Shown piece after piece: positions 1 to 14,135 of a stretch of 64,000 bases of DNA; positions within the stretch are counted from its first letter, which is position 1; each line of letters starts with the position of its first letter. Under the pieces are notes generated by a model that did not search any database, was not told where the DNA came from, and was given only the letters and a program-made list of their open reading frames with translations. The position numbers and the translations under genes are program-made. Source of the DNA: the human T2T-CHM13v2.0 reference genome, Homo sapiens; the NCBI RefSeq assembly GCF_009914755.1, contig NC_060931.1. The stretch is one strand, 5' to 3'.

Positions 1-274
<274 letters not shown>

Positions 275-1263
275 TCAAACTTAGGAGAGAAAGAGAACAC
301 AAAACACAAATGAAAACGTTTCCTAACTCCTTCTCTTGAGATGTTTATCACCACCTTCTGTTCATCTACAAAGCTGGTGCAGATGGAATACTCTCCCTCC
401 CTGGGGTTTCAGATCACAGGAAGAAGACATTATTATCATCCTCCTTATCACAAAAGAAAACTCTCGTTAGGATGATCTATGATAGAAACGTCCAGGGAAG
501 ATGCTGCTCTCGGTGCCCTGGTGCTTCCTGTTCCTTGACCCGATTCTTCCCAGTTCAATGGGAAAATGAACAAGAGAATCTAGAGAGAGCCAAGACTAAT
601 ACTCCATTCTCTTAACCTGTATTCATGTCTATCTTAATATTTTTTCTATCTTGCTTAGTTAAAAAGAGAGAGAGACAGAGAGAGCACTCACCCCTAGCCC
701 AGAGTCATATGTGGGGTGCTTTGTCTGAGAGTTTGAGGAAAGGCCAATGCCACCAGCTCCCTGTCTTTTGGAATGGGATCTCTGGGGTGCATTAGCACTT
801 CAGGCGAGACCCAGGCTTCCTGAGCTGCTCTCTTTACCATGGGCCCAGCTCTGGCTGAAAGCCTTCTGAGAGCTTGTTAGACTGCAGGAAGGCGAGAATC
901 CTTCAGCAAGCCAGTGAGATCACTGCTGCACCCACCTGGGTCTAGGCTGGAGGTCTCTACATGAGGGCTGTCATGGAAAGGCTCGATCCCAAGACACTGA
1001 GGTCACCCTGGTAAGCAGATGTGGAGAAGGGAGCCAGGCCCGGGAGGAGGAAGACTGACTTAATGGAAATGTTTAAGTTTTTCTTTGTAAGAAAAATAAA
1101 AAGCCAATCCACAAATTTACATTACATTATAATGGCCTATAAACTGGGCAGAATATATAATTATAATGAGGAATTTCAGAAAACAATGCTGCTTCTGAAT
1201 ATTTTAATAATATAAAATAATAATTTGGGGTTATGTTTTTGTTTTTGTTTTGTTTTGTTTTCT

Positions 1264-1395
1264 GGCCAGACACAGTATCTCACACCTGTATTTTCAGCAT
1301 TTTGGGAGGCTGAGGCAAGAGGAACCCTTGAGGACAGAAATTTGATACTAGTCTGGGCAACACAGGGAGATCCTATCTCTATAAAATAAAATAAA
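1264..1395 (+). mobile_element. FLAM (free left Alu monomer)
   Basis: ggccagacacagtatctcacacctgta...tttgggaggctgaggc...ctgggcaacacagggagatcctatctct + A-rich tail; single monomer. Confidence 0.85.
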
Positions 1396-2034
1396 TACTT
1401 AAAAAATATATTTTTTTAAATTAGCAGAAAACTAAGGAACTCAATGGGCTTTCATGTCAGGGATCAGCTAAATGATTTTTATAATTTACAGAATTATGAG
1501 ATGCACTTTTAAGTAATGCAAAATGATTATAAATTATATTTCTTCTGATGTGTTTACTCCTACTTTTACATTTTAGGTTAATAATCTACCTTAGCTATTT
1601 TGGAAATAGATAGGGAATAAATATTAACCTAGTAAAACAAGATAAATTATGTATTTAATTAACTTTCCACATTCTATTAATAACCTTTAAAAGTTTATAT
1701 ATCACATACACTGGATTTGAATGCTAAATAATAATTGTTTAGACTATTTAAGTCTAAAATTCAAAATCTTGGGGTGAGAGGGGGCTTAAAATTTGTAAAG
1801 TGAAAAACTGATATTTGAGGATTGAATTACCATGTGGTAGTCCAGGTTATTCTTGAACATCTCCACTGACAGGAAATGGTGTCTCTAATAATAGCTTATT
1901 GCATCTTTAGACTGTTTAACTGTGCTGAAATCCTTCCTTACATTGGCTGTTTCCAAGCAAGTTCCCACTAATTAATTGATAGGTCTTTATTTTGTTGATG
2001 TATATACTGACTCAGTTTATGTTTCCCGTGACAG

Positions 2035-2169
2035 GCTGCAGGATGCCTGGAAAAGTTTTCATCTATTATATTGAGTCTTATGAAATTACCAATTTTTAGG
2101 TCAAAATGGCTGAATATCATCAATTTCATATGCTTCAACCCATGACTCCCTGGGCCTTCTCTTCTGCAG
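2035..2169 (+). other. candidate spliced (non-coding or 5'UTR) exon, 135 nt
   Basis: branch-like TACTGAC 2005-2011, acceptor gtttcccgtgacAG| at 2034, donor CAG|GTAAGA at 2169; stops in all three frames. Confidence 0.35.
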
Positions 2170-2399
2170 GTAAGACTCCCCAAGTCCTTCGACTCTTCCT
2201 CCATGGCAGGCCTTCACCATCCTTTTCAGGCTGGAGGCCACTCTGTGGAATCTTGGACAATTATTTACTGTGAAAAGATCCATTACATGGATATGAATAC
2301 TAAACTAACTTCTGTGGCCTACACATTTGGAAAAAATCCAGAGGAAAAATTGGAAAAATATGAGAAGTGTAAGATGCTTAACAACAAGTTATACTGCTG

Positions 2400-2548
2400 T
2401 TTATTGAGGACTTATAATAATCTTTTAGATGTGATACTCCCTTTTTACAGCTAAGAAAACAAATTCCCCAGTAGGCTAAGTAGCTTGCTCCAGATAACAT
2501 AACTATAAACTCTAGCATCCAGATTTGACTCGGATATTCTGGCCCCAC
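2400..2548 (-). mobile_element. MIR
   Basis: ccctttttacagctaagaaaac...gctaagtagcttgctccagataaca...gatttgactcgg resembles antisense MIR core. Confidence 0.7.
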
Positions 2549-3071
2549 ATTCTATGCATGCCCTTTCCCCTAATAATGACTCCACGAGGCCAGATGTGGG
2601 TTGAACACTGGAAAATGTCAAGCTGCAAGAAGATTACCCTGACTAACTCCCCCAGTTCTCCCAGGTATGTGTGCATTGGCTTCAACTTCCCTCAGTTAAC
2701 AATTCCATACAAGCCCTTCCAATTTGAAGCAGGAAGACAAAACTTAGAAAAACTTTAGAAAGATCCATCATTTATTGTCTCAGTGCCAACACTTATTGGA
2801 CTCACCTACCCTTTGATATCTAAAAGTAATTAATATTTTATTCAAGTCACAATGTAAGTGCGAGGGTCCAAAAGACTGAAAAGGTGGGACCTTGTGGGCC
2901 TGTTGTCTTCAAGTCAAAGGTAATAAAATGGATATTTTTGTTTAAATTATGTTGCAAAATCTTTATGTCACTTTCACTACCTGCAACAGCGTTCTCATTT
3001 CTAACTCCTCCGAATTCCCTGTTTTTATTCTCCAGGACTGTATGTGCTTTCATCTCCATCTCTTTCCTCCT

Positions 3072-3660
3072 CCCCCCAAAGATGCCCACATCCCACTCTG
3101 TAGAATGTATGAATTACCACAGTGCATGGCAAGATGGGCTTTGCAGATGTGAGTTAAGTTATGGCCCTTAAAATTGAGAGACTATCCTGGATTTTCTGGG
3201 TATGCCTAACCTAATCCATGAGCCCTCACAAAGAACTGTCTCCAGCTATCTGGGAAAAGAAGAGATGGCAGAATTACGGCAGAAGGAAAAAATAATTGAA
3301 ATGTGAGGACTTCACCATCATTGCTGGCTTTGAACCTGGAGGAGGAAGGCCACAAACCAAAGAACACAGGTGGCACCTGGATGCTAAAGATCACCTCCAG
3401 CTGACAGCTAGCAAGGAAACAGAGACGCAATCCTACAACCACAAGGAACTGACTTCTGCTAACCTGCAGGAACTTGGAGGCAGAATCATCCCGAGACCCC
3501 AGAAAGAAACAGTGTCCTTCTGACACCTGGATTTTAGCCTGGAAGCCCAGATGAGCCATGCTCCTCCCAGACTTCTGATTTACAGGACAGTGAGTTGCAT
3601 GTTGTTTTAAGCAGCTCCGTTTGCAAATATTTGTTATGGCAGCAAAAGGAAACAAATACA
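3072..3660 (+). mobile_element. MLT1E-family MaLR solo LTR
   Basis: ccccccaaagatgcccacatcc, ctttgcagatgtga, agctgacagctagcaaggaaac, 3' end tttgttatggcagcaaaaggaaacaaataca. Confidence 0.85.
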
Positions 3661-4702
3661 GTCTTTGATATATTTGCTAAGCCTCTATTTCTAAATGTCC
3701 TCAGTTTTTGTTTTCTGTATGTGTCTGTGGATCTCTGTACAGAATTGTGATTTTGTCAGCTTCATAGCATTCATTGCTCCAGCCAGCCATTGGCAGAGGC
3801 AATGGGATGAGACACAGTGATCAAGAGCACGGGCTTCAGAGACAGTGTCACCCCAGTGCCCATCTCCAGAGCTCCATTTATGAGAAGACCAGGTGACTAG
3901 AACTAGAATCACATGATGGGACTATGGATCTGAGTGAGCAGAACATGCAGATAGGAACAAGAGCTGGCCTAGGGCCATAGTACGAAACAGGAAGTGTCTG
4001 CAAGTGCAGAACCCAACTTCTATATCCCATTTGCTGTTTTATGTACATTTTGGACCAGATCTTCCTGTGCTGGGGGCAGAGTGCAACTTAGTGGCAACAG
4101 TGTAGTGAAAGTCTGTGGATTCCAAACCTTTCTGCAGAACTCAGACATATGATGCTGAAGCCTCTGGCTGCTCTCTTATCCTTTATCCCATGACTCACAA
4201 TGGATGCCTGTAGCAGGGGTTTGACAAGGTGCTGCTGGCACAATTTTATCTCCACCACTTTCTCTATGACAGATGAGGGATGCAAGAACCTTGGCAAGCG
4301 TGGCACAGAGATTCTGCAAGCTCTTCAACCTGTCAAGTAGCAAAGCAAAATCAATCACAGAAGCAACCCCTCGCTGTGGTTGGAGATTAACATCTTTACA
4401 AGATAATAAAGGCAACAAATTACATCTGCCGGCACTCAAGGCAGGAGGCTCATAAAGAAATTCTTCAATAAGCAATGAGACTCTTTGCCCTGGCCCAGTA
4501 GATTTAGAGAGACAGCTGGAACCTGGGCTGCAGGCAGTTATAGATCAACTGCAAGACCTGCATGCTTATAGAGATGGACTGCCCATGAATGCCCCGATGG
4601 TTGGCTCCAGCAGCTGGCAGGATTCTGTCATGAGGAGTCACAGAAGTGGGCAGCAGACATTTGAATCACCACAGCTACTCCCTGTCCTACCTCCTGCCCA
4701 TC

Positions 4703-5157
4703 TGTGGTAGCCATAGTTTTACACCCTCAGATCTTCAAGAAAACCTGCCATGGGGAGCACAGCTTACTGGCAGCCTGCAAGGCAATGTCTTTGGATCTGC
4801 CATTGTGTTCCTGCTGCGGCCCTGATTCCCCAGGGCTGCTCCAGCCAAAGACTGGACACAGGGCTACCAACACCAGGCCATTTCTGTCTGATGCGAGTCT
4901 CCTGCAACAGGCACTATTTGCTTCAGTTCTTCCTATCAACCTGGGCAAGACTCTTTCAAAGCTGCATTTCAATCAGAAGCTTTCTACCTAATCCTTCCTG
5001 TCCTCTCTGCTGTCACAAGTGTCAGGTGGCATCATGGTAGGAAGTCTCTCCTCTTCTCCTGCTATTTCTTTACCTTTCACAGATACTTTTCCCAAAATCT
5101 CCTTTATATCTCTCTTGAGATGGTGTCTGCTTCTTGAAGCACCCAGAGTGTAATGCA
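4703..5157 (+). mobile_element. LTR16A-type ERVL solo LTR
   Basis: tgtggtagccat...ctcagatcttcaagaaaacctgcc...gggctgctccagccaaagactg...ggtgtctgcttcttgaagcaccc matches LTR16A layout. Confidence 0.8.
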
Positions 5158-5221
5158 CTATCACTCCAAAATGTCCCTCAGATACTAGCCAATGTCTGAT
5201 AACCATAATTTCACAAATTTC

Positions 5222-5350
5222 TTTCCATTCATTTATTCATCCTTTCAAAAAATATTTACTAAAACCAACTCTGTTCATAAGTGGAAGAAATATTAGAGAT
5301 GAATAAGACACAATCTGTGCCTGCAAGGAGCTGAGAGTTCACTGAAGATG
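5222..5350 (-). mobile_element. L2 3' end fragment
   Basis: cattcatttattcat...tatttact...gatgaataagacacaatctgtgcctgcaaggagctg. Confidence 0.7.
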
Positions 5351-5599
5351 ATGAACACATCATTAAGCAGAGTGAAAATTACTATACACCACAGTGGTAA
5401 GGGAAAATCAAACAGGAAAGAGACATTTGGGGATGAGTAATAAAGGAGGGCAATGCACTATAAAGAGAGGGATGAACATGTGGATCTTTTGTGTTACAGA
5501 ACTGTGAGAACAGAATGAAAGAAAATGAGTGTTATAGAGTAATCTGCAATCTTTCTGAAGAATTAGCCTATGTTAAAATGCAAACAAGAGAGACATCCA

Positions 5600-7790
5600 C
5601 TTAGGTCAAGATTGAGCAACAAGAATTAAATTTACCTTTCTGGCTGAACAACTACAAAACAAAAAACAAACAGAGAAAAAGATATTTGAAACAATACCTT
5701 TCAAGACACTGCCTATCAAACAGCAACCCCTGAAAGGAAACACGAGAGGTGAGCCTTGCAACTGCTTCCACCTAGAACCGTCACAGAGTTTTGGGGACAT
5801 GTCCCAGGGAGTGAACCTATGCAGAGCCAAGTAGGGTTGAGATGGTGCTAGACAGAGAGAGACCAAGGTGGTTAGAGTTCCCAGGAGTGGGTATTAGGGC
5901 TTAGAGGTCTGCACAGAGAACCCTAGAGACCACAGAGGGTCATCTTTGAGTACACAAGAGAGTTCTGATAAACTCATGCAGGTATGGAAAATACTGAAGG
6001 CCACAAAAACACGGCCATTAAATCATCTGGCCATTAAACCAGAACCATTAAACCATCACATAAAAGGGTGAGAGAAAACAGTGTCTGGTACTCCTACACA
6101 CAGCTAAAAGTGGTGCCTGTTCCCACTAACTAGAATGGAAAACTTAATAATTCAAAGGGAATTGGGCAGGATACTCAGACGGATCTAGCCTTATGATTGA
6201 GGAATAATTGACATTATAATGAGATTTTCAAATATTAAACATCCTACTGTGTTAAGCCATTCTTTGCATTGCTATAGAGAACACCAGAGGCTGAGTACTT
6301 TATAAAGAACAGAGGTATACTTGGCTCACATTTTGGCAGGGTATAGAAGCATGACACTACCATCTGCTCGGGTTCAAGGGAGACCTCATGGAGTTTTACT
6401 CATGGCAAGAGGCAAAGCAGGAGCAGGCACATTACAAGGCAAGAGCAGGAAAAGAGAGAGAGAGAGGTAGGGAAGTACCAGACACTTTTAAACAACCAGA
6501 TCTCACAAGAACTCACTATCACAAGTACAGCACTAAGCCATGAAGGAGCTGCCCCCATGACCCAAACACCTCCTCCAGGCCTCACCTCCAACACTAGGGA
6601 TTACATTTCCACATGAGATTTGGGCAGGGCAAATATCCAAACTTGATCACCTGCCTAACGAACATTAAAGATAAGTCCCAAAAGCTTCAAAGTGTTTCCA
6701 AGTAACCTAAGGAATTCCAGAACAAAGCTCAATAATATTTAAGAAAATACAAAAACGTTCAGCACCAGAAAGGTAAAATTCTCAATGCCCGACATTCAAT
6801 CAAGTGTTTCCAGGAAGGAGAGAGGAAATATACATGAGTATTTAAGCCATTTTGAGAAGAAAAACTAATCAATTTAAGCCAGTTCAGAACTATCACAGAT
6901 GTTAGAGTGATCAGACAAGGACATCAAAACAGTTGTAACTGCAGTCTCTGGGCAAACTAGAAAAACCATTAAACAAATAGAAGAATGGAAAATATTTTAA
7001 AAATCAAACTGCTAAAGATAAAAATTAACATGTCTATGAAGTAAAATACAATGATGGAATTAATGGCATATGAGATATTGTAGGAAAAAAGATTTGTGAA
7101 CTTGACAACATAGCAAGAGAAAATACTTAAAATGCAACAAAGAAAAAAATAATTTCAGAAATAAATAAATAGACCATCAACAAGCCGTGGATCAACTTCA
7201 AAATGACCTAATATGTGTGTATCTGGAATCTTCAAGAAAGAAGGGACAGAAAAATTATTTGAATTAATAATGGCCAAAATTTCCAAATTTGATGAAAACT
7301 GTAAGCTCACTTATTCAAAAAGATCAATGAACCTCAAGCAAAAGAAATATAAATAAATCACATCAAGAATATTTTAAACGAATTGCTTAGAATGAGAATA
7401 CAAAACTCCTAAAGGCAAAGAAAAAAATCCCACATTATATACGGAAGAACAAAGATAAAATGAGAGCAGATTTATCATCAGAAAAAATGCAAGAAGACAG
7501 TGAAGTGATATATGTAAAATATTGAAAGAAAAGCACTGTCAATCTAAAATTATTTGGCCAACAAAAATAACTTTTAAAAGCAAATGTAAAATAAAGTCTT
7601 TCTCAGATATACAAAAGCTGAAAAAAAAAAATCATCCCTAGCCATCCCAAACTACAAGAAATACTAAAAGAAGATCTGTAGGCATGAAAAATAATAACAG
7701 GTGAGAATCTACATGTAGATTCCAAATAATGAAAGGTAAATATATAATATGTTCTTATTTAAATATCATAAATAATTAACTGTTTAAACA
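5600..7790 (+). mobile_element. old L1 (L1MD/L1ME-type) 5'UTR + ORF1 fossil, split by MST LTR
   Basis: ttcaagacactg..gaggtgagcc 5'UTR motif; ORF1-like A-rich stretches (aaattatttgaattaataatggccaaaat, atgagagcagatttatcatcaga). Confidence 0.75.
6248..6649 (-). mobile_element. MSTA/MSTB MaLR solo LTR
   Basis: tgtgttaagccattc...aaacaaccagatctcacaagaactcactatc...catgagatttggg...aaacttgatca; 5-bp TSD cctac/cctgc. Confidence 0.9.
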
Positions 7791-7811
7791 AAACTTTAAA
7801 AAAGAAACCTG

Positions 7812-8166
<355 letters not shown>

Positions 8167-9934
8167 CTAGCAAACCAATTCAAAATCTAGCAACATATTA
8201 AAAGGATTATACATCATGACCAAGTGAGTTTTATTACATGAATGCAAGTTTGTTCCAACATACAAAAAGTAATCAATGTATACACTATATTAACAGGATA
8301 AAGGGGAAAAAGAAACTCACAATCATCTCAATAGATGCAGAAAGAACATTTGATAATATCCAACAACCTTTCATAATAACAACACTCACAAACTAGGATT
8401 AGGAGTGAACTTCTTCAACCTAATGAAGCACATGTGTGAAAAACCCATGAAAACATCATACTTAATGGTGAAACACTGAGAACTTTCCTCTAAGATCAGG
8501 ACTAAAAGTCTAATCTCTTAGGATGTCTACTCTTGCCACTTCTGTTCAATGCTGTACTAGAGTTTCCAGCATGGGCAATTAGGCAAGACAAAGAAATAAA
8601 AGGATTCCACACATACAGATTGAAAAAAATAAAATTATCACTATTTGCAGATGACATAATCTTTTCTATAGAAAACCTTAAAGGATCCACACATAGCCCC
8701 TTCATACACACACACAAAATCTATTAGAGAGAGAAAACAAGTTCAGCAAAGTTGCAAGATAAACAAATATATGAAAACCAATTTCTATATACTAGCAATA
8801 AATAATCTAAAATTAAAATTAAGAAAAAAATCATTTTAAAATAACACCCAAAATAATAAAATAGTTATGACTAAATGCAACCAAAAAAAGTGTAAGACTT
8901 GTACACTGCAAACTGCTAAACATGTTGAAAGAAACCAAAGAAAACCTAATAATATGGAGAGGCATACTAATTTCATGGACAGAAAGACATAATACTATTA
9001 AAATTGGAATATCCTCAATTTGATCTACAGATTCAGTATGTAATCCCTATCAAAATTCCAAATGTGATTTTTGCAGAGATGGAGAAATCAATTCTAAAAT
9101 TCATTTTGAAACACTAGTTATCTTGAATATCCAAAACTGTCTTGAAAAAAATAACAAAGTTGGAGAACTGAGATTTCCCAATTTTGAAACATACTCCAAA
9201 CCTAAAATAATTAGGACACTGTGGTACTGGCATAAGGATAGACATATAGATTAATGAAATAGATTGAGAGTACAGAATAAACCCAAACATATATGGTAAA
9301 CTGATTTTTGACAAGGATGGCAAGGAAATTCAATAGGAAAAAAATAGTCTTATCAACAAATGGAGACAACACTGGACGTATCGACATGCAAAAGAATGAA
9401 TTGAACCCTAAATCACACCAGATGCAAAAATCATCTCAAAATAAATCAAAGACTTAAATATGAGCTAAACTCTTAGAAGGAAACAGGTATAAAACTGTGT
9501 GACCTTAGATTAGGCAATAGCTTCTTATATACAACATAAAATGCACACACCAACAAGCAAACGAAAAAGAGAGAGATTTCCTCAAAGCTAAAAACTTTCA
9601 CTTCAAAGAACACCATTAATAAAGGGAAAAGACAATCCACAGAATGGGGGAAAATAACTGTAAATCATATAGCTGATAAGAGTCTAGTATCTAGAATACA
9701 TAAAGAATTCTTACAATGTAATATTTGTTTTAAAAAACAAAAACCCAGTTAAATATGGGCCACAGATTTGAATAGCCATTTCTTCAAAGAAGATATACAA
9801 ATGGCCAAAAACTCATAAAAACATGTGCAGCATCATTCGTGATTAGGGAATTGCAAATCAAAATCATAATGAGATACAATTTCATACCCAGTAAGATGAC
9901 TATAACAATTATTTTAATGAAAATAAAAAATGTT

Positions 9935-10299
<365 letters not shown>

Positions 10300-12339
10300 T
10301 CACAGTCACAGTGGCAAACAGTTGTGGAAAACAGTTTGGCAGTTTCTCCAAAAGATAAACATGGAAATTATTATATTACCCAGCAATTATTGATCTGTTG
10401 TATGAAAAGTTGTGATTATTTAACTCAAAAAGTCTTTTCCAGATTGATATTATTACAGGAAAATTAGATCAGTTATTACATGCCGTACTCCCAGCCCATA
10501 GTAAGTGGTCAATGTATATTTCCCCTGTGATGAACATGCTTAGAAAAAAGTGAACTCTGATAGGGGTTAGATGAGTTAGGCAGAGGAGTTGCTCAACTCT
10601 GCATTGACATCCTGATCAAACTTATAGGGCAGGTGGTCCTAGATGTAGGATTGAGGAAAGGAGAATAAGTAACTGGAAACTGGAGAAGGAGTAACTGAAA
10701 AATAATGAGTAACTTTTTTATGGAGTAAAAAAAAAAAGTTTGAAGTTAGATCTAGATCATGTAACTGGATTTTAGTTTATCTATACAGTGGTAGCAATTT
10801 TTCTATCTGCCTCATAATATTGGTGAGGGGGAAAGGTGGTAAAATTTTTAATGTATACATAGAAAAGTGGAAGAAGAGCAGCCGTGGGGTTGAGCTTCTC
10901 CTCCTCACATGTTACCCCTGCCTGTTGATGCTTTAACTCAGGCTCCTGTCCTACGGAAGTTTGCTACAAATCCGAGGAGAGCTTTCTACATTGTGTACGG
11001 TAGAGCAATTTGGAGCCATGGTCCAAACTTCCAGTGCAGAGAATTAGAAATGGATGTCTTTCCAGTCATCTGTGGGCAGCAGTCACACAGAGAAACCAAG
11101 AGCACAGAGGCGTGGGAGGCTTGAGTGTGGCCCAAACACCAGGTGAGAAGGGAAGAGGTCTTCAGGTGTTTGGATCTTTTGTTCACAGATTTACTTCATT
11201 TCCAGGACTTCCGAGTTGATGATTGCTTCCACAGCTCCTCCTTACCCACCTTAGACATCCTGTTTCTTTTATTCTGTCTCCTAATATTTCCTCTCCACCT
11301 TCCCACTCATTTATTGTCCCTCATAGAACAGCATTTAGTAGCATTTCCTATTTGCCTGGTGATGCATCCATGAGTTTGAGAAGGGGCAGTGTGTGCCTGT
11401 GTGCAGAGGGGAGAAAGTCAGCGCGGGGGCTGCAGGGGGCAGGTCGGAGGGCTTGCCTGAGAGGACCGCACCAAAAAGAGATGAGGAGTGCAGGGGAAGG
11501 CATGTGGAGGCCTATCCTTCATCTTGATGTTCAAGCAAATAATGTAATCTTAGCTCACTAGTAACAAGGGAATCTCCAAGGGTCTTCACACTCTTTGGCT
11601 TCTCTCCCTCTCCTCCTTTCCTCACCTCTTTCTTCCCTTCCCACAGTGTTGGTCTCCCCCTACAATTCTCTCCTATTTCCACACTTGGCCCCTCCCCCTT
11701 TACCTGAACCTTTTACCTTTTCATCTCCCAGGGTTGGATCATTACCCTGCAGTTTCCCCTGGAATGTCGACACCATAGACCACTCACTGGCCTAACAGCC
11801 CCCCCAGGCAATTTTTGTTTGTTTGTTTATTAAAACTGAACATTACTTTTAAAATAAAAAAAATTACTAACAGTGGATTATGTATGTGAAAGCTAACAAT
11901 GCTAAATAGTGGCTCCCCACTTTAGTAGGGACAGAAGGTCTCCCCATCACCCCTATCAAGACCCCTATTCTCTTCTTATAAAAAGCTCATATCTACATTC
12001 TGCATGGCTTGCCTAGTCCTTGTTAGCATGTGAGCTTGTAGCTCCTGGTCCAGATCCTCATCATGCTGGAAAAGTTGGGGACCCAGGGCCCATGCAGCCA
12101 GATCTTGGCCCAAGGGGACCCTTACTGACAGCAGAGAACTTAGTCAAGCCCCAAGAGCATGGACTGTAACTCAGGAGGCCTGGTCTCCAAAGCTGCACCC
12201 TGTTTGAAATGTGTAAAGGGCAATTCATATGACCTTTCTTAGCTGGGCAATGAGGAGGGGACATCTGAGGTTTTCAAGAAGGGCTCCTCCAACCCCTAGG
12301 GTGCCACAATTTCTGCCATAACTTAAATGAAGCATGTAA

Positions 12340-12960
12340 GGAAAAGAACGAAGGAGAGCAGAGGTCAGCAATGCAGGATGTGGTTAAAAATAAATAAATA
12401 AAAGATTTTATTGTAAGAACAATGAGAACCACTGGAATGTGTTAGGCAGAGAGTAATGTGATCCAATTTCCAGCTTTAAAAGCCTAGTGGGTTGTAAAGA
12501 AACACAGGTCCAAAAAAAAAAAAAAAAAAAACAGAAAACAAAAAACAAAAACAAACAAAAAAAAGGAGACTAGTCAGGGAGCTGATGCAGTTGTCCAGGA
12601 GAGAGCACTGGACTGTGAGTCAGAAGACTGTATGGGGGTGTCAGGTGGTGGTCTGGACAAGGTGTTCATAGAAAATTTGATGATAAATGGAAAAGACAAA
12701 ATCAACAGAACATACCAATAGATAAGATGTGGGGAAGAGAAAAGAATAATCCATAAGGACACGTAGATATGTGTTCCGAGCACCAGGGTTGAGAGTGGTG
12801 CATTTTACAGAGTTTAGAAGGGAGCACAGATTTGTGAAACCAAGTTGAGTCTGGGGAGCAATGCGTAGCTCAATATTGCTGAAATAGACCATACAAGGGA
12901 TTGGGAAATGGGGCAGAAAATGAAGGAAGAGATAGGTTATAGAAGGTATGGTACATCTGG
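12340..12960 (-). mobile_element. L2 fragment
   Basis: gattttattgtaagaacaatgagaaccactgg...agagtaatgtgatccaattt...ggagactagtcaggga...gcagttgtccagg. Confidence 0.7.
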
Positions 12961-13799
12961 ATTTTATCTCGAAAGTGTCTTGACACCCCCCATACCTTCT
13001 TTTTCTCATAGAAATGTTGGCATGACATTTAGAATGTTCTCTCTGGCAATGGTGGGGAGTTTAGATTATAGGCGAAAAAGCTAAAGGGAAGAAGACAAAT
13101 GAAGAGGCTGGAGCAAGTCAGAGGATGACTAAATCCTCCCCGCTAGCTACTTCCCTGAAATAAAATTACCCATTCCCTGACATCAGCATTCTTTCTGCCA
13201 ATTCCCTTCATTTTGAATGCAAATTCCAAAACGTGCTTTCAGCTAGGGATAATTATCTAATTATCTATTATCCGGGGTGTATCGTTTCATTTTCCCCTCT
13301 TCCTCCCCCTTTATTCAGTGTGTGGCTTTTGGCGGGCTTGAGAAAGATATGACTCAATTGCCTGTCAGCACAGCTTGGGTGAGGAAAGAACATCATGGAA
13401 AAAAAGGAATCGAGCTTGTCTAGGGAGCAGAGAGGTAATTGATTACTAATTACTGAAACATTATGTCTGAAGGAGGCAAGGCACAAGCCTATTTTCCAAG
13501 GCTCCAGGTAATTAGCAAACATATTTAAGATACTCGCGATGGCTCCAGGGGAGAAACATCTGAGAAGGAGGTTTCTTCGCCTCCTTATAAGGTCCATTTA
13601 TGGCTTTTGCGTGATGAGCTTCACACTCCCAAGCATGAAGGAGGGAATTGGGGTTGGGACCAAGGGCTTCCTTCAATATTGCCATCCAAAGGCAGGTATT
13701 CCAGAGTCAGCCCCTAGGGTTATCTAATGGCAAGGGTAAGAAAAAAGCAGCAAGGAAAGGAAGTTAAATAACTGAGCTCTTCACTTTCAAAAAAATGTT

Positions 13800-14135
13800 G
13801 AGGGTAATCTTTCAAAAACACAAGTCTAATCATGCCACTCCTCTGCCTGAAAGTCTCCAGTGACTTCCCTTTGTCTGAAGAGTTCTAGATTCTCAATGTT
13901 GCTTACATGGCACTCAGCCTCCTGTCCCATTGCTCCTGGAGAAAGACTGGCTGAGGATGATGTGTGGGCCACCTGTCTTGCAGTGCTCCCCGAGGACCAT
14001 TCTTCCTCTCAAACCTGAATGTGTGCATCAGCCGTTTCTTATGACAAGCACTGTCTCCTCTTTTACTGTCAATTCTTCCTCACCCTCTTTGTAGCTCAAA
14101 TGTCCCTCTTCCAGCAAGGTTTCCCTATACCCTAA
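13800..14135 (+). mobile_element. L2 fragment
   Basis: atctttcaaaaacacaagtctaatcatgccactcctctgcctgaaagtctccagtgacttccc...gctcaaatgtccctcttcc. Confidence 0.75.

Noticed and set aside
3206-3655. 149-aa minus-strand ORF
   Set aside because: Lies entirely within the MLT1E LTR; typical antisense MaLR open frame.
3743-3892. Possible 150-nt exon (ctctgtacAG|...CAG|GTGACT)
   Set aside because: Moderate donor, partly MIR-derived, immediate stop if joined to the 2106 ATG frame; indistinguishable from background pseudo-exons.
12512-12564. Orphan A-rich tract as a tail-only retroinsertion
   Set aside because: No TSD visible; more simply slippage expansion within an L2.
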